A stretch of DNA of 63,764 nucleotides, the filler included, from Bacteroidales bacterium (GTDB lineage Bacteria; Bacteroidota; Bacteroidia; Bacteroidales; CAIWKO01), in assembly GCA_035389045.1 (NCBI GenBank). It is 3 parts of 3 records of this genome, joined end to end, with 100 filler letters (N's around TTAATTAATTAA, not from the genome) between each part and the next. Parts side by side here need not be neighbours in the genome. Positions count along the whole stretch, not along the records: positions 1 to 24,998 come from DAOORA010000066.1; 2 more parts are not named here. One strand, given 5' to 3'. The translations under genes and the position numbers were made by a program. Positions 1 to 9,442 of the stretch are shown piece by piece; the stretch's first letter is position 1; each line of letters starts with the position of its first letter. The notes beneath the pieces are model-generated. The model was not told where the DNA came from and made no database searches. It was given only the letters and a program-made list of their open reading frames with translations.

Positions 1-2
1 TT

Positions 3-2504
3 AATACTGTCACCGGTAAAATAATCATACCATTTACCGGCATGAGGAAATTCAGGCCATACGGGCTGGGCAATTACGTCGAAGTTGCCCAGAACAACAA
101 CGCTTAGGTTGGATCCAACAATACCGTCGTCATGAAGGCGTATTCTTTTATCCCAGTTTCCGACATTCATGTCATAATTGGAAGTCTTGAACAACGAATA
201 TGTTGTTTTTAACTTTATCAGGGCGGCGTATTTTTTATAAAGCATCACACGGTAGGGGTCGTTCATATAATCCCATTTGGGCGGCTTTTTATCCGTACGT
301 GTTTCGCTGGTCATCGAAGGCCAGTTTATGGAATAATCGTATCCTCTTTCGCCAAATTCCCAGAACATTTTAGGCCCCGGAACGGTGAAAAACAAAGCGG
401 CGATTTCGCCCATTCTTTCCAATGCAGTACGTTTATTGCGGGTGTTATAGAGTGTGTCGGTGCCCTGGATGAACATATTGCCATAAGTCAAATTGCGGTA
501 CATCAGTCGTTCTTCGTCATGGCTCTCCATATATCCTACCAGGTTGTGCGGCCACCAGCCTCTGGCTTTATAGGATACCGACCATTCAAAATTTGAATTG
601 TTATTGTACCAGCCCATGGATGCCTGATTGTATTGAACATTGCCGTTTGCTCCCGACCACATCATCATTCCATAGTTGGCCAGTTCGCTTTCTTCCGGAT
701 TATCTGCGAGGTGTTCAAGAATGATGTATGTGCCCGGGTGTTTGGCCCATAATTCATTGGCGAATCGTTTTATCGTATTTACCCGGGTGGCATCGTATTG
801 GCCCCAGGCGCCCACGTCAGTGCCGATAATATCTCCATGCGCATCATAGGTCACCGTGACATTATTGGTAAATCCTTTTGAAAGATCAAGCCGGAATCCG
901 TCCACATGGTATTCGCTTACCCAGTAACTCAACACACTGTCTACGTAAGCCTGTGTGTGGGGACTGGTATGGTTGAAATCGCAATGATAACCGTAAGGGT
1001 GTGGGATAAGTTCGTTGAACCAGGGATTGTCGTTTCCAGGCCTTAGCCGTTCTTTGTTGTAATACAAACGGGCAAGGGGATTCTGCCCCGATGAATGGTT
1101 GAGGACAATATCAAGTATCACGGCAATGCCGTTGTTATGACAGGTGTTGATGAGGCTTTTGAGCATATTTTTCGTTCCGTAACACTTATCGGGGGCAAAA
1201 TGCATAGCCGTCATGTAGCCCCAGCTGTCATTACCGTCATATTCTGTGACAGGCATAAGTTCGATGGCGGTGATGCCTAACTTTTTCAGGTATTGCAGGC
1301 TGTCTTCCACCGTTTTAAAATTATGGGTCAGGTGAAAATCGCGCACCAGAAGCTCATAGATCACCAGGTCCCTGTTGTCGGGTTTCTGAAAAGAGCCGTC
1401 TGTCCAGTTAAAAGGCGTCTGGGCAGTCTGAAAGACGGAGACGAGTTGTGAGGCTTTTCCTACAGGATAAGAGATCAGGTTGGGATAAATAATAGCGTTG
1501 ATACCCGGATCGTTCCAACGGTCCAGCACTTTATCCGAATAAGGGTCCGCAATATTGACATCGTTATCGACAAGATACTGGAAACGGTATTCCTTCATGG
1601 GAATAAGGCCGGTAAGTGTTATCCAGTAACGGTTGCCGTCGGTTGTTTTATTCATTTGATAATCAGGGTCGAGTTCCCAGTTGCTTTTATCCCATATCAG
1701 GTATGCAAAGCTTTTATTTGGTGCAAATAGTTGTAAGGTCACCGTGGTATCGTTAATATAATTTATGCCATCTCTTATACCGGCGGGCGGATTCTGAACG
1801 GTTGGACCCTGTCTGACCAGGTAATACATGGAATCTGTGATGGTTTGTCCGTTATAGACCGCTGTGAACCAAAACCGGTGTTTTCCATACTGGCTTGCCG
1901 TGATACCGGCATTAAGTATGCTGTCGGTAGCATTCGATACCAGGGCACCATCGTGATACAAAGTTATTGAAGACGTATATTTGCTTCTGACCTGTACGGG
2001 AATGTTCGAGTTTATGTTGGGACATAACGGAAATTGAAGCGGTGAAGTGAAGCGCGCAAAAACGGACAGCGGATAGACACAAATATAAAAATCCGACCCG
2101 TCTGCATTTTTTCCAGCAAGCGTTCCGTCTGCATTACGAAATACAAAACATATCAGATTGGTTACTTCGGCACTGTACAAATGAAAAAAACTTTTTATAT
2201 GAAACTTGGCCTTGTGAATATTTCCTCCCAGGTTCTGCATCAGGACGTTGGAGTCGGCTTCTCCCCATTGTGCCGGTTTGTGCTGCCAGTCGGAGAGGTT
2301 CACGCTTTCATCCGAGATCACGCCGGTATGCATATATACATCGTTAACTCCCGCCAGTTGCCCGTTCCCGAGGGCGGCATTGTATATGATCGTCAGCGTG
2401 TCGTTAACGGTCGGATACATGGGTGAATAAGAAAGAACCTGCGAAAAGGCATTCACTGACAATAAAGTGAATGCGAGAAAAAATAATTTCAGACTTTTTT
2501 TCAT
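3..2504 (-). CDS. Secreted multidomain GH13 alpha-amylase (N-terminal putative starch-binding module, CBM48-like domain, GH13 catalytic domain); 3' end runs off the window
   Basis: Not in the ORF track; hand-translated from ATG 2504: MKKSLKLFFLAFTLLSVNAFSQ signal peptide, VTLQLFAPNKSFAYLIWDKSNW (CBM48-like), LVIYELLVRDF, IELMPV, GIAVILDIVLNH, DGFRLDLSKG (nucleophile), ILEH (acid/base), MESHDEER; frame open to the window edge. Confidence 0.9.
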   Translation of the reverse strand, partial: MKKSLKLFFLAFTLLSVNAFSQVLSYSPMYPTVNDTLTIIYNAALGNGQLAGVNDVYMHTGVISDESVNLSDWQHKPAQWGEADSNVLMQNLGGNIHKAKFHIKSFFHLYSAEVTNLICFVFRNADGTLAGKNADGSDFYICVYPLSVFARFTSPLQFPLCPNINSNIPVQVRSKYTSSITLYHDGALVSNATDSILNAGITASQYGKHRFWFTAVYNGQTITDSMYYLVRQGPTVQNPPAGIRDGINYINDTTVTLQLFAPNKSFAYLIWDKSNWELDPDYQMNKTTDGNRYWITLTGLIPMKEYRFQYLVDNDVNIADPYSDKVLDRWNDPGINAIIYPNLISYPVGKASQLVSVFQTAQTPFNWTDGSFQKPDNRDLVIYELLVRDFHLTHNFKTVEDSLQYLKKLGITAIELMPVTEYDGNDSWGYMTAMHFAPDKCYGTKNMLKSLINTCHNNGIAVILDIVLNHSSGQNPLARLYYNKERLRPGNDNPWFNELIPHPYGYHCDFNHTSPHTQAYVDSVLSYWVSEYHVDGFRLDLSKGFTNNVTVTYDAHGDIIGTDVGAWGQYDATRVNTIKRFANELWAKHPGTYIILEHLADNPEESELANYGMMMWSGANGNVQYNQASMGWYNNNSNFEWSVSYKARGWWPHNLVGYMESHDEERLMYRNLTYGNMFIQGTDTLYNTRNKRTALERMGEIAALFFTVPGPKMFWEFGERGYDYSINWPSMTSETRTDKKPPKWDYMNDPYRVMLYKKYAALIKLKTTYSLFKTSNYDMNVGNWDKRIRLHDDGIVGSNLSVVVLGNFDVIAQPVWPEFPHAGKWYDYFTGDSI

Positions 2505-2529
2505 GAATAAAAAATATATAGGTCAGTGT

Positions 2530-3495
2530 TTATCGCGAAATCACAATTTTTTGAGAAGCAATCCTGTTATTTTCTGAGGTCATGGTGTAATAATAAACTC
2601 CTGATGGAAGTTTATATCCTGCGTTATTGGTTCCGTTCCAGATGACGGAATGGCTTCCGGATATCTGAGATCCTGAAAAGAGTTTTTTTACTTCCTGCCC
2701 GAGGGAATTGAATACGGTAATTTCCAGGTTTTTTGACGGTTCAGTAAGTGTATAAACGATTTTTGTCTTTTCGTTGAATGGATTAGGTCCGGCAGATAAG
2801 TACAGATTGTTGTGATTTGTTTCGCCAATGCCGGTGACGAAGCTAATGGCCGGAAAGTTGGCGCCCGGATCGCTGCCCTGTATCACCTGGGTAATGCCGC
2901 TGGTAAGGTTTATAATAAAAAGGTCTTTACCCAGATCATCTCTTCCGGTCAGCGTGCCGTCTTCATTTCTGAATACCATGCCGATGGTATAGGGTGCGCC
3001 ATCAGTGGGGTTCCAGACTGTGGAATTAACAACAGGATGGGGGTCATTGGGATCAACAAAGGCAGTAGTATTTACCAGCGCAGGATTTGAGAAATAATCT
3101 TCTATGATAAATTCAATGGAATAAACCCCGTTGCCGAGTGCTGTCATCAGGCCTATTCCATCATCCTGGGGGTTAACGCCCCAGTTGCCCACCACATGCT
3201 CCCATACATTTGACCTGTAAGGAAGTATCTGGCTCATGCAAAAATAACTGTTTGAATCGGAAGTGGCACAATCTCTCAGGTATTCGCTACCATTCCAGTC
3301 AAGGTCGCAGGTACACAATCCCAGGTGTGCATAAACTTTCAGGCAGGTGGATGGCACACCATTGCCACCGCCGAGACTGTAGTCCGGGTTGGTCATCAAC
3401 TTGGTGTCTAATGTGATCTTCAGGTAAGTGTTTTGAGAAAAAACTAAGGATACAGAACACATAATTGCGATAAAGAACATCGTAGATTTTTTCAT
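2530..3495 (-). CDS. T9SS-secreted non-catalytic protein: one module homologous to the N-terminal domain of the adjacent amylase plus a T9SS C-terminal domain
   Basis: Signal peptide; VYAHLG...WEHVVGNWG...IGMVFRNEDGTLTG; C-terminal PNPFNEKTKIVY...WNGTNNAG...SGVYYY...KIVISR. Confidence 0.8.
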   Translation of the reverse strand: MKKSTMFFIAIMCSVSLVFSQNTYLKITLDTKLMTNPDYSLGGGNGVPSTCLKVYAHLGLCTCDLDWNGSEYLRDCATSDSNSYFCMSQILPYRSNVWEHVVGNWGVNPQDDGIGLMTALGNGVYSIEFIIEDYFSNPALVNTTAFVDPNDPHPVVNSTVWNPTDGAPYTIGMVFRNEDGTLTGRDDLGKDLFIINLTSGITQVIQGSDPGANFPAISFVTGIGETNHNNLYLSAGPNPFNEKTKIVYTLTEPSKNLEITVFNSLGQEVKKLFSGSQISGSHSVIWNGTNNAGYKLPSGVYYYTMTSENNRIASQKIVISR

Positions 3496-3515
3496 ATTGA
3501 TATGATTTTTTTATT

Positions 3516-3523
3516 CAAAAGTA
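3516..3523 (-). promoter_or_regulatory. Bacteroidota sigma-A -7 element (TAnnTTTG)
   Basis: TACTTTTG on the minus strand, 20 nt upstream of ATG 3495. Confidence 0.55.
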
Positions 3524-3896
3524 ATTATTTTTTTAATAAAATGTGTCTGTAAAAATAAAATTCCAAAATATCATGATTGCCATGATATGACTAATGTTTG
3601 TATTAAATAAATAATGATTTATCCGACTTGACGGTACTATGCTGGTCCGTAAATTCAGTATGTGTATCTTCTGAGGGATATTCCTTGTTGTTGTTATTCC
3701 CGATAATTTACTTTTCGCCAGGTGCCGGACGAGAAAGTAAAAAAATGCAGTACGTCCCGGGACATGCTGTATTTTCATTTTGTTTAAATCCTAAAATATT
3801 ATTGTTTTCAACGCTGATAATAAAAAACTAAAGGCGGAAAACGATCATAATGAATTTGACTAATGTTAGCTTGTTTTATATATAGTTTCGCCTGGG

Positions 3897-5312
3897 TTAG
3901 CGGATAACCAGCTTTTCAGTATAACAGGAATTATGCTCCTTTACGGCAACAATATATGTCCCTTTCGGGAGTTCGCTTATGTCAAAAGTTTTATTTATAT
4001 GTGTTCCCCTGATGTTATCGGACATAACCAGCTTTCCGAGAACCGTGTAAACCGAAAGGACGGCATCTCCGGATGCTGAGTTTAACATTACGGATATCTG
4101 GTCTGTTGCCGGGTTGGGATATATATCCGGTGTCGTTGATGTGTTTTCTTCAATTCCCACCACAGGGTTTATCGTGAGAATGCCCGAAACGATGGTTGTT
4201 CCGTCCCACAATCCGCCTCCTGAAGCATTATAACCGCCGTAATAATAAGAGCCGCTGTTCAGTTTAAAACGGCTGGCGTAGTAATATATGCCGGCGGTCA
4301 GCGAAGTTCCGATATCGGCTTTATACTCATCATTATTTACTGCATCAGCATTATAAGATGCAAGTATCCAGTTTGTCCATGTTGACGGGTTGGTATTTGA
4401 AGTGCTGTACCCTATCCATGCCTGAATACCTGCCCCTTGTCCTGCTGCATCGGTGATGCCCTGTGCATACACCTGTGCATATACATCGTAAGCGCCTCCC
4501 GCCGTGATGGTATCTGCTGCGGGCCACTGAATATTGCACCAGGAAATATCGGTTACAGTTGTCACTGTGTAAGAGTAATTCGAGTTCGTGTTATTATTAA
4601 GACGAAGTGTATAATAATCAATATCAGCAGCATCGGGAGCTGCCTGTGTGGTCGTGAGAGCATAATAGGAAACCGTGGTTCCGGAAGGCTGTCCCGGGAT
4701 GGCAACAACGCCTTGGAAACTGGCGTTAAATGATGTGATTTCAATAAAACTGGAAGTTGACCAATTGTTGGTTGAATATCTGATAAAGACTTTTTCGCTG
4801 GCATTTTTTACACCGCTGAGCGTTACGGTTACGTCGACAGCTTGCGAGGGTGAAACATTGGAGGTGGGAGATTGTGTTACTGAAGTAATGGTTACCGGAT
4901 TATATGATGTTTCCAATATAGACATATCGTTATTTGCGGCAGAATTTTTACCGACGATCAGCGTATAATAATAATTTGCCTGTACAGTGCATATCATATC
5001 GGCATCCCAGCCACCGGAAGTATAGTAAAAAGCGCCTCCCGGAATTTTTACATTCAGGCTGCGTATAGAATCAGAACTTGAACCGCACCATTTGGGATTA
5101 TATATTCCCACAGCGGTATTAAATAAAAAAGAAATAGTGGTTGCTATAGGCGACTGAACGTTTCCGGCCATTGTTACTCCCCTGTCGGAAAGGGCTGCAT
5201 CCCCCCACATTCCCATAACACCGTAATGGACATTTGCAGGCTGGCCAAATGATACGCATGCCATTGAAAACACAATAACAAATGTTGAAATCTTTTTGTA
5301 GAAGTTTTTCAT
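3897..5312 (-). CDS. T9SS-secreted Ser/Thr-rich non-catalytic protein with putative starch-binding/Ig-like modules
   Basis: Signal peptide; VFIRYSTNNW (CBM21/25-like motif); VYAQVYAQGITD...GQG...NNDEYKA segment resembling accessory domains of amylopullulanases; CTD IYPNPATD...GTYIV...KLVIR; no GH13 motifs. Confidence 0.7.
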   Translation of the reverse strand: MKNFYKKISTFVIVFSMACVSFGQPANVHYGVMGMWGDAALSDRGVTMAGNVQSPIATTISFLFNTAVGIYNPKWCGSSSDSIRSLNVKIPGGAFYYTSGGWDADMICTVQANYYYTLIVGKNSAANNDMSILETSYNPVTITSVTQSPTSNVSPSQAVDVTVTLSGVKNASEKVFIRYSTNNWSTSSFIEITSFNASFQGVVAIPGQPSGTTVSYYALTTTQAAPDAADIDYYTLRLNNNTNSNYSYTVTTVTDISWCNIQWPAADTITAGGAYDVYAQVYAQGITDAAGQGAGIQAWIGYSTSNTNPSTWTNWILASYNADAVNNDEYKADIGTSLTAGIYYYASRFKLNSGSYYYGGYNASGGGLWDGTTIVSGILTINPVVGIEENTSTTPDIYPNPATDQISVMLNSASGDAVLSVYTVLGKLVMSDNIRGTHINKTFDISELPKGTYIVAVKEHNSCYTEKLVIR

Positions 5313-5631
5313 AGGTTATAATTTTAAATTATGTTAAAAAAATAGTATACTGTATTTGGAATTATATTTCACAAAAATAAAATATAACTTCTGATTTTCA
5401 AAAAAAATGTTGAATTAATCAGGAAAACATAAAAATATGTATTCATTCGTAATTTTTATTCAGTCCTGACCATTTACACGCATTAGCCTGCTTTATATAA
5501 TAAGACGGCGCACATAAGCCTTGAATTTCCTGCTTATTCCTTTTTTTCTGAAGGGTATAGATGCATAAGCTTTCTGGCGATAAACATAATTTTAACTATT
5601 TTTACACGCAGATTTAATCATATTTACATTC

Positions 5632-8019
5632 ATGAAAACAAACAGGAAGTTTTTTCTTTTTGCAATAATCCTTACATTTCTTTTACATGGTAATATCGCA
5701 GGGCAACAAGCAATAAATCTGCCGGTAACTTCAGATATTTGCGGATTGGCCACTCCCATAAACCTGCAACCCGACTCAACGGTGATCTGTCTCGAAGATT
5801 ATTTTATCAATGTGTTGTCGATAGATTCCGTGGTGTCTGAAAAGTGTTTTTCACAATTCCTGACAAAAGATAAAAAACAGCTCCATATCCACAATGGGAA
5901 AAATGTTCCGCCGCTTTCAGTCCTTAAGGTATGGATCGGGGGGGCGCCTTATTCCCTGTTGCTGAAAAAGTCAGAGAAATTAAAGATACCTTTCACTTTT
6001 GATCCACAGGGGAAAACCTATAAAACCGTCCAGATCATGGGAGACTATAATGGATGGAACCCTGCAAATACAGTGATGAATTTTACGGACGAAAAATGGC
6101 GTGCCGGGTTATTGTTAAAACCAGGGAATTATTTATATAAGATTGTTGTTGACGGAAAATTGATAACCGATCCCGCCAATCCTGATTCAGCGGACAATTT
6201 TATCGGGGGATTTAATTCCGTGTTAAAAATTAAAACCCTCACTGAGGAGCCGAAACCTGAACTTTTTACCATGGAGGCTTCAGCACATGCAATAAAGATC
6301 GGTAAAGAAAACAAGGTCAGCAACCATCTTGTCTTCTGGCAGAATTTTACCTTGCCGGAAAAGATGATCCATAATGATTCGGCAGTCATTGAGATTGATA
6401 TTCCGGAAGAGGCCGCAAAGATGGAACGTTCGTTTATACGTGTTTTTGCATATAATGAAGCGGGCTGTTCAAACGATTTGCTGATACCGCTGAAGTATGG
6501 CACGGTAATCCGGGATGCAAATATTATTACCCGGTCTGACAAAGAGGCACAGGTGATCTATTTTGTTATTGTGGATCGTTTTTTTGATCAGGATACGACG
6601 AATAACCATCCGTTGAAAGACCGGAAAATTTCTCCGAAAGCAAATTATATGGGAGGCGACATTTCGGGAATACAAAAGAAAATTGAGGATGGATATTTTT
6701 TCGGATTAGGGATAAACACCTTATGGATATCGCCACTCAACCAGAATCCGGAAAAGGGATTTAAGGAATTCCCGCCGCCCCGTCGTAAATATTCCGGATA
6801 CCACGGCTACTGGCCGGTTTCATCTTCCAGGATCGACTATCGACTGGGCACAGAACCCGAGATGAAAGAACTGGTGAAAACTGCACACGAGAATAATATC
6901 AACGTGATTCTTGATTATGTTGATAATCACGTTCATATTGATCATCCCTTATGGAAAGAACACCCTGACTGGTTTACCTCACTTAAACTACCTGACGGGC
7001 GGAAAAATATCCGTTTATTTAATGAACAACGCCTTACTACCTGGTTTGACAGTTTTCTTCCGACGTTTGATTTTTCAAAACCCGAAGTTGTGGAAACGAT
7101 GTCGGATTCAGCAGTGTATTGGGTCAAGACTTATAACCTGGATGGTTTCAGGCACGATGCAACAAAGCACGTTCCGGAAAACTACTGGAAGCGGTTGACA
7201 CAAAAGCTAAAAACCGAAATTATTATTCCGGAAAACCGGAGTTTTTATCAGATCGGTGAAACATACGGGAGCCGTGAGTTGATCGGAAGTTATGTGAATT
7301 CCGGCCAGCTTGATGCGCAATTTGATTTTAATTTCTATTTTGATCTCCGTTCGACGATAATAAATGAAAAAGAACCTTTTGAAAAACTTAACACATCCTT
7401 ATTAGAAAGCTTTGATAATTATGGGTTTCACAACCTGATGGGCAATGTGACAGGGAATCATGATCTGGGACGGTTTATTTCCTATGCAGACGGGTCGTTA
7501 AGTTCTACTGAGGACGACAAAAATGCCGGTTGGACCAGAAATATTGTGGTGAAAGACACCATCGGCTATAAGAAACTTTCTATGCTTACTGCATTTATCA
7601 TGGCTATACCCGGAGTTCCCGTGATACTTTACGGCGATGAGTTTGGCATGCCCGGCGCAGGTGATCCCGACAACAGGAGAATGATGAAGTTTGACCATCT
7701 TACTTCTTATGAAAAAGAAACAAGGGATATAGCCGGTAAACTGGTCAAACTGAGAAGAAGCAACATGTCTCTGATGTACGGGGATTTCAAAGCGGTGAGT
7801 GTTGCAAAAAACACTTATGCTTTTATCCGTACCTATTTTGGGGATTTAGCATTGGTGGTGTTCAACAAAAGCAATAAACCTGAAAAGGTCACTGTTGAAA
7901 TACCTGAAAGATACCGTGACCTGAAACTCAAATCCCATTTCGGTTCTTCTTTCAGACAGTCCGGGGAATCGTTAGAAATACTTTTGGAAGGAAACACCTT
8001 TGATCTATTGACCAATTAA
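5632..8019 (+). CDS. GH13 alpha-amylase family enzyme with CBM48/AMPK-type glycogen-binding domain
   Basis: VQIMGDYNGWN...PGNYLYKIVVDG...DPANP (CBM48-like); VDRFFD, GGDISGI, YHGYWP, DGFRHDATKH, GETY, GNHDL. Confidence 0.9.
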   Translation: MKTNRKFFLFAIILTFLLHGNIAGQQAINLPVTSDICGLATPINLQPDSTVICLEDYFINVLSIDSVVSEKCFSQFLTKDKKQLHIHNGKNVPPLSVLKVWIGGAPYSLLLKKSEKLKIPFTFDPQGKTYKTVQIMGDYNGWNPANTVMNFTDEKWRAGLLLKPGNYLYKIVVDGKLITDPANPDSADNFIGGFNSVLKIKTLTEEPKPELFTMEASAHAIKIGKENKVSNHLVFWQNFTLPEKMIHNDSAVIEIDIPEEAAKMERSFIRVFAYNEAGCSNDLLIPLKYGTVIRDANIITRSDKEAQVIYFVIVDRFFDQDTTNNHPLKDRKISPKANYMGGDISGIQKKIEDGYFFGLGINTLWISPLNQNPEKGFKEFPPPRRKYSGYHGYWPVSSSRIDYRLGTEPEMKELVKTAHENNINVILDYVDNHVHIDHPLWKEHPDWFTSLKLPDGRKNIRLFNEQRLTTWFDSFLPTFDFSKPEVVETMSDSAVYWVKTYNLDGFRHDATKHVPENYWKRLTQKLKTEIIIPENRSFYQIGETYGSRELIGSYVNSGQLDAQFDFNFYFDLRSTIINEKEPFEKLNTSLLESFDNYGFHNLMGNVTGNHDLGRFISYADGSLSSTEDDKNAGWTRNIVVKDTIGYKKLSMLTAFIMAIPGVPVILYGDEFGMPGAGDPDNRRMMKFDHLTSYEKETRDIAGKLVKLRRSNMSLMYGDFKAVSVAKNTYAFIRTYFGDLALVVFNKSNKPEKVTVEIPERYRDLKLKSHFGSSFRQSGESLEILLEGNTFDLLTN

Positions 8020-8048
8020 AAACAGCTATTTTTACACAAAAAATTGTT

Positions 8049-9437
8049 ATGAAAAAAAATATCGGGTATAGTACAGCTCTTTTTGCATTGACCGTAACAG
8101 CCCTTTGCAGTTATTGCCCGGCACAGACACAGCCGGATAAAATACAGACCGTTTATAAAAAATCGGTTCCTGAATGGACGAAAAGCATGACCATATACGA
8201 AGTCAATCTGAGGCAATATTCCAGGTCGGGAAGCTTTAAGGATTTTGAGCAGCACTTACCCCGGCTGAAAGAGATGGGCGTTGAGATTTTATGGTTCATG
8301 CCGGTCAATCCTATTGGTGTGAAGGGCCGCAAGGGAAGTCTCGGAAGTTATTATTCGGTGAGCGATTATCTGGGAATAAATCCTGAATTCGGCACTATGG
8401 ATGATTTTAAACAACTGGTAAAAAAATGTCACGAAACAGGAATGTATGTTATTCTGGACTGGGTGGCCAATCATACCTCGTGGGACAACAAACTTATTAC
8501 GGAGCATCCGGAGTGGTACAAACATGATTCGTCGGGCAGGATCATTCCGCCTGTTCCTGACTGGGCTGATGTAGCAGCCCTGAATTACGATAATAAGGAC
8601 CTGCGTCGCTATATGACCGATGCCATGAAGTTCTGGCTGATTGAAACCGGTATTGATGGTTTCCGGTGCGACGTAGCCGGAATGGTACCTGTGGATTTCT
8701 GGAATGAATTAAGGCCTGCCCTTGATAGTGTTAAACCGGTGTTTATGCTTGCCGAATGGGAAGATCCGGCGTTTCATGAAAAAGCGTTTGACATGTCGTA
8801 CACCTGGGCGTTTCATCACCTGATCACCGAAATTGCGCAAGGTAAAAAAACGGTGTTGTCGCTGGATACCTTGTTTCTTAATGAAGAAAAGCAATATGCC
8901 GCCGATGCTTATAGGATGTATTTCACTTCCAACCATGATGAAAATTCATGGAACGGCACACCCTACGAAAAGTTTGGCGGCGGCGTAAAAACCTATGCCG
9001 TGCTTACATTCACTATTCCGGGCATGCCACTGATATACAGCGGGCAGGAAGCCGGATTGAAGAAACGATTGCAATTTTTTGATAAAGATACTATTGAATG
9101 GAAAAATGATGAATTCTTCGGTTTTTACATGACATTGATTGCGCTGAAGAAGGAGAATAAAGCATTGTGGAATGGGGTATACGGTGGCAGGATGTCGGAG
9201 ATAAAAACAACGGCTGACAAAGTGGTATTTGCATTTCACAGGGAAAAGGATGGTGATGAAATAGTAGTACTGTTAAATCTTACAAAAAATCCTGCCAGGG
9301 TGAAACTAACAGACTGCAAGGTTACAGGTGCGTTTACCGAAGTGTTTACAAAACAGAAATTTGAAATAAATCAAAAAAGTGTTTTCAAACTGAAAGGCTG
9401 GGATTATCTGATACTTGAACGGCGTAGCGGAAAATAA
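8049..9437 (+). CDS. Exported GH13 alpha-amylase
   Basis: Signal peptide; IYEVNLRQ, GSYYSV, DWVANH, DGFRCDVAG, LAEW, SNHDENSW. Confidence 0.9.
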   Translation: MKKNIGYSTALFALTVTALCSYCPAQTQPDKIQTVYKKSVPEWTKSMTIYEVNLRQYSRSGSFKDFEQHLPRLKEMGVEILWFMPVNPIGVKGRKGSLGSYYSVSDYLGINPEFGTMDDFKQLVKKCHETGMYVILDWVANHTSWDNKLITEHPEWYKHDSSGRIIPPVPDWADVAALNYDNKDLRRYMTDAMKFWLIETGIDGFRCDVAGMVPVDFWNELRPALDSVKPVFMLAEWEDPAFHEKAFDMSYTWAFHHLITEIAQGKKTVLSLDTLFLNEEKQYAADAYRMYFTSNHDENSWNGTPYEKFGGGVKTYAVLTFTIPGMPLIYSGQEAGLKKRLQFFDKDTIEWKNDEFFGFYMTLIALKKENKALWNGVYGGRMSEIKTTADKVVFAFHREKDGDEIVVLLNLTKNPARVKLTDCKVTGAFTEVFTKQKFEINQKSVFKLKGWDYLILERRSGK

Positions 9438-9442
9438 TCGGT

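Noticed and set aside
1095..2430. Short plus-strand ORFs at 1095, 2181 and 2248
   Set aside because: Antisense shadows of the long minus-strand GH13 gene
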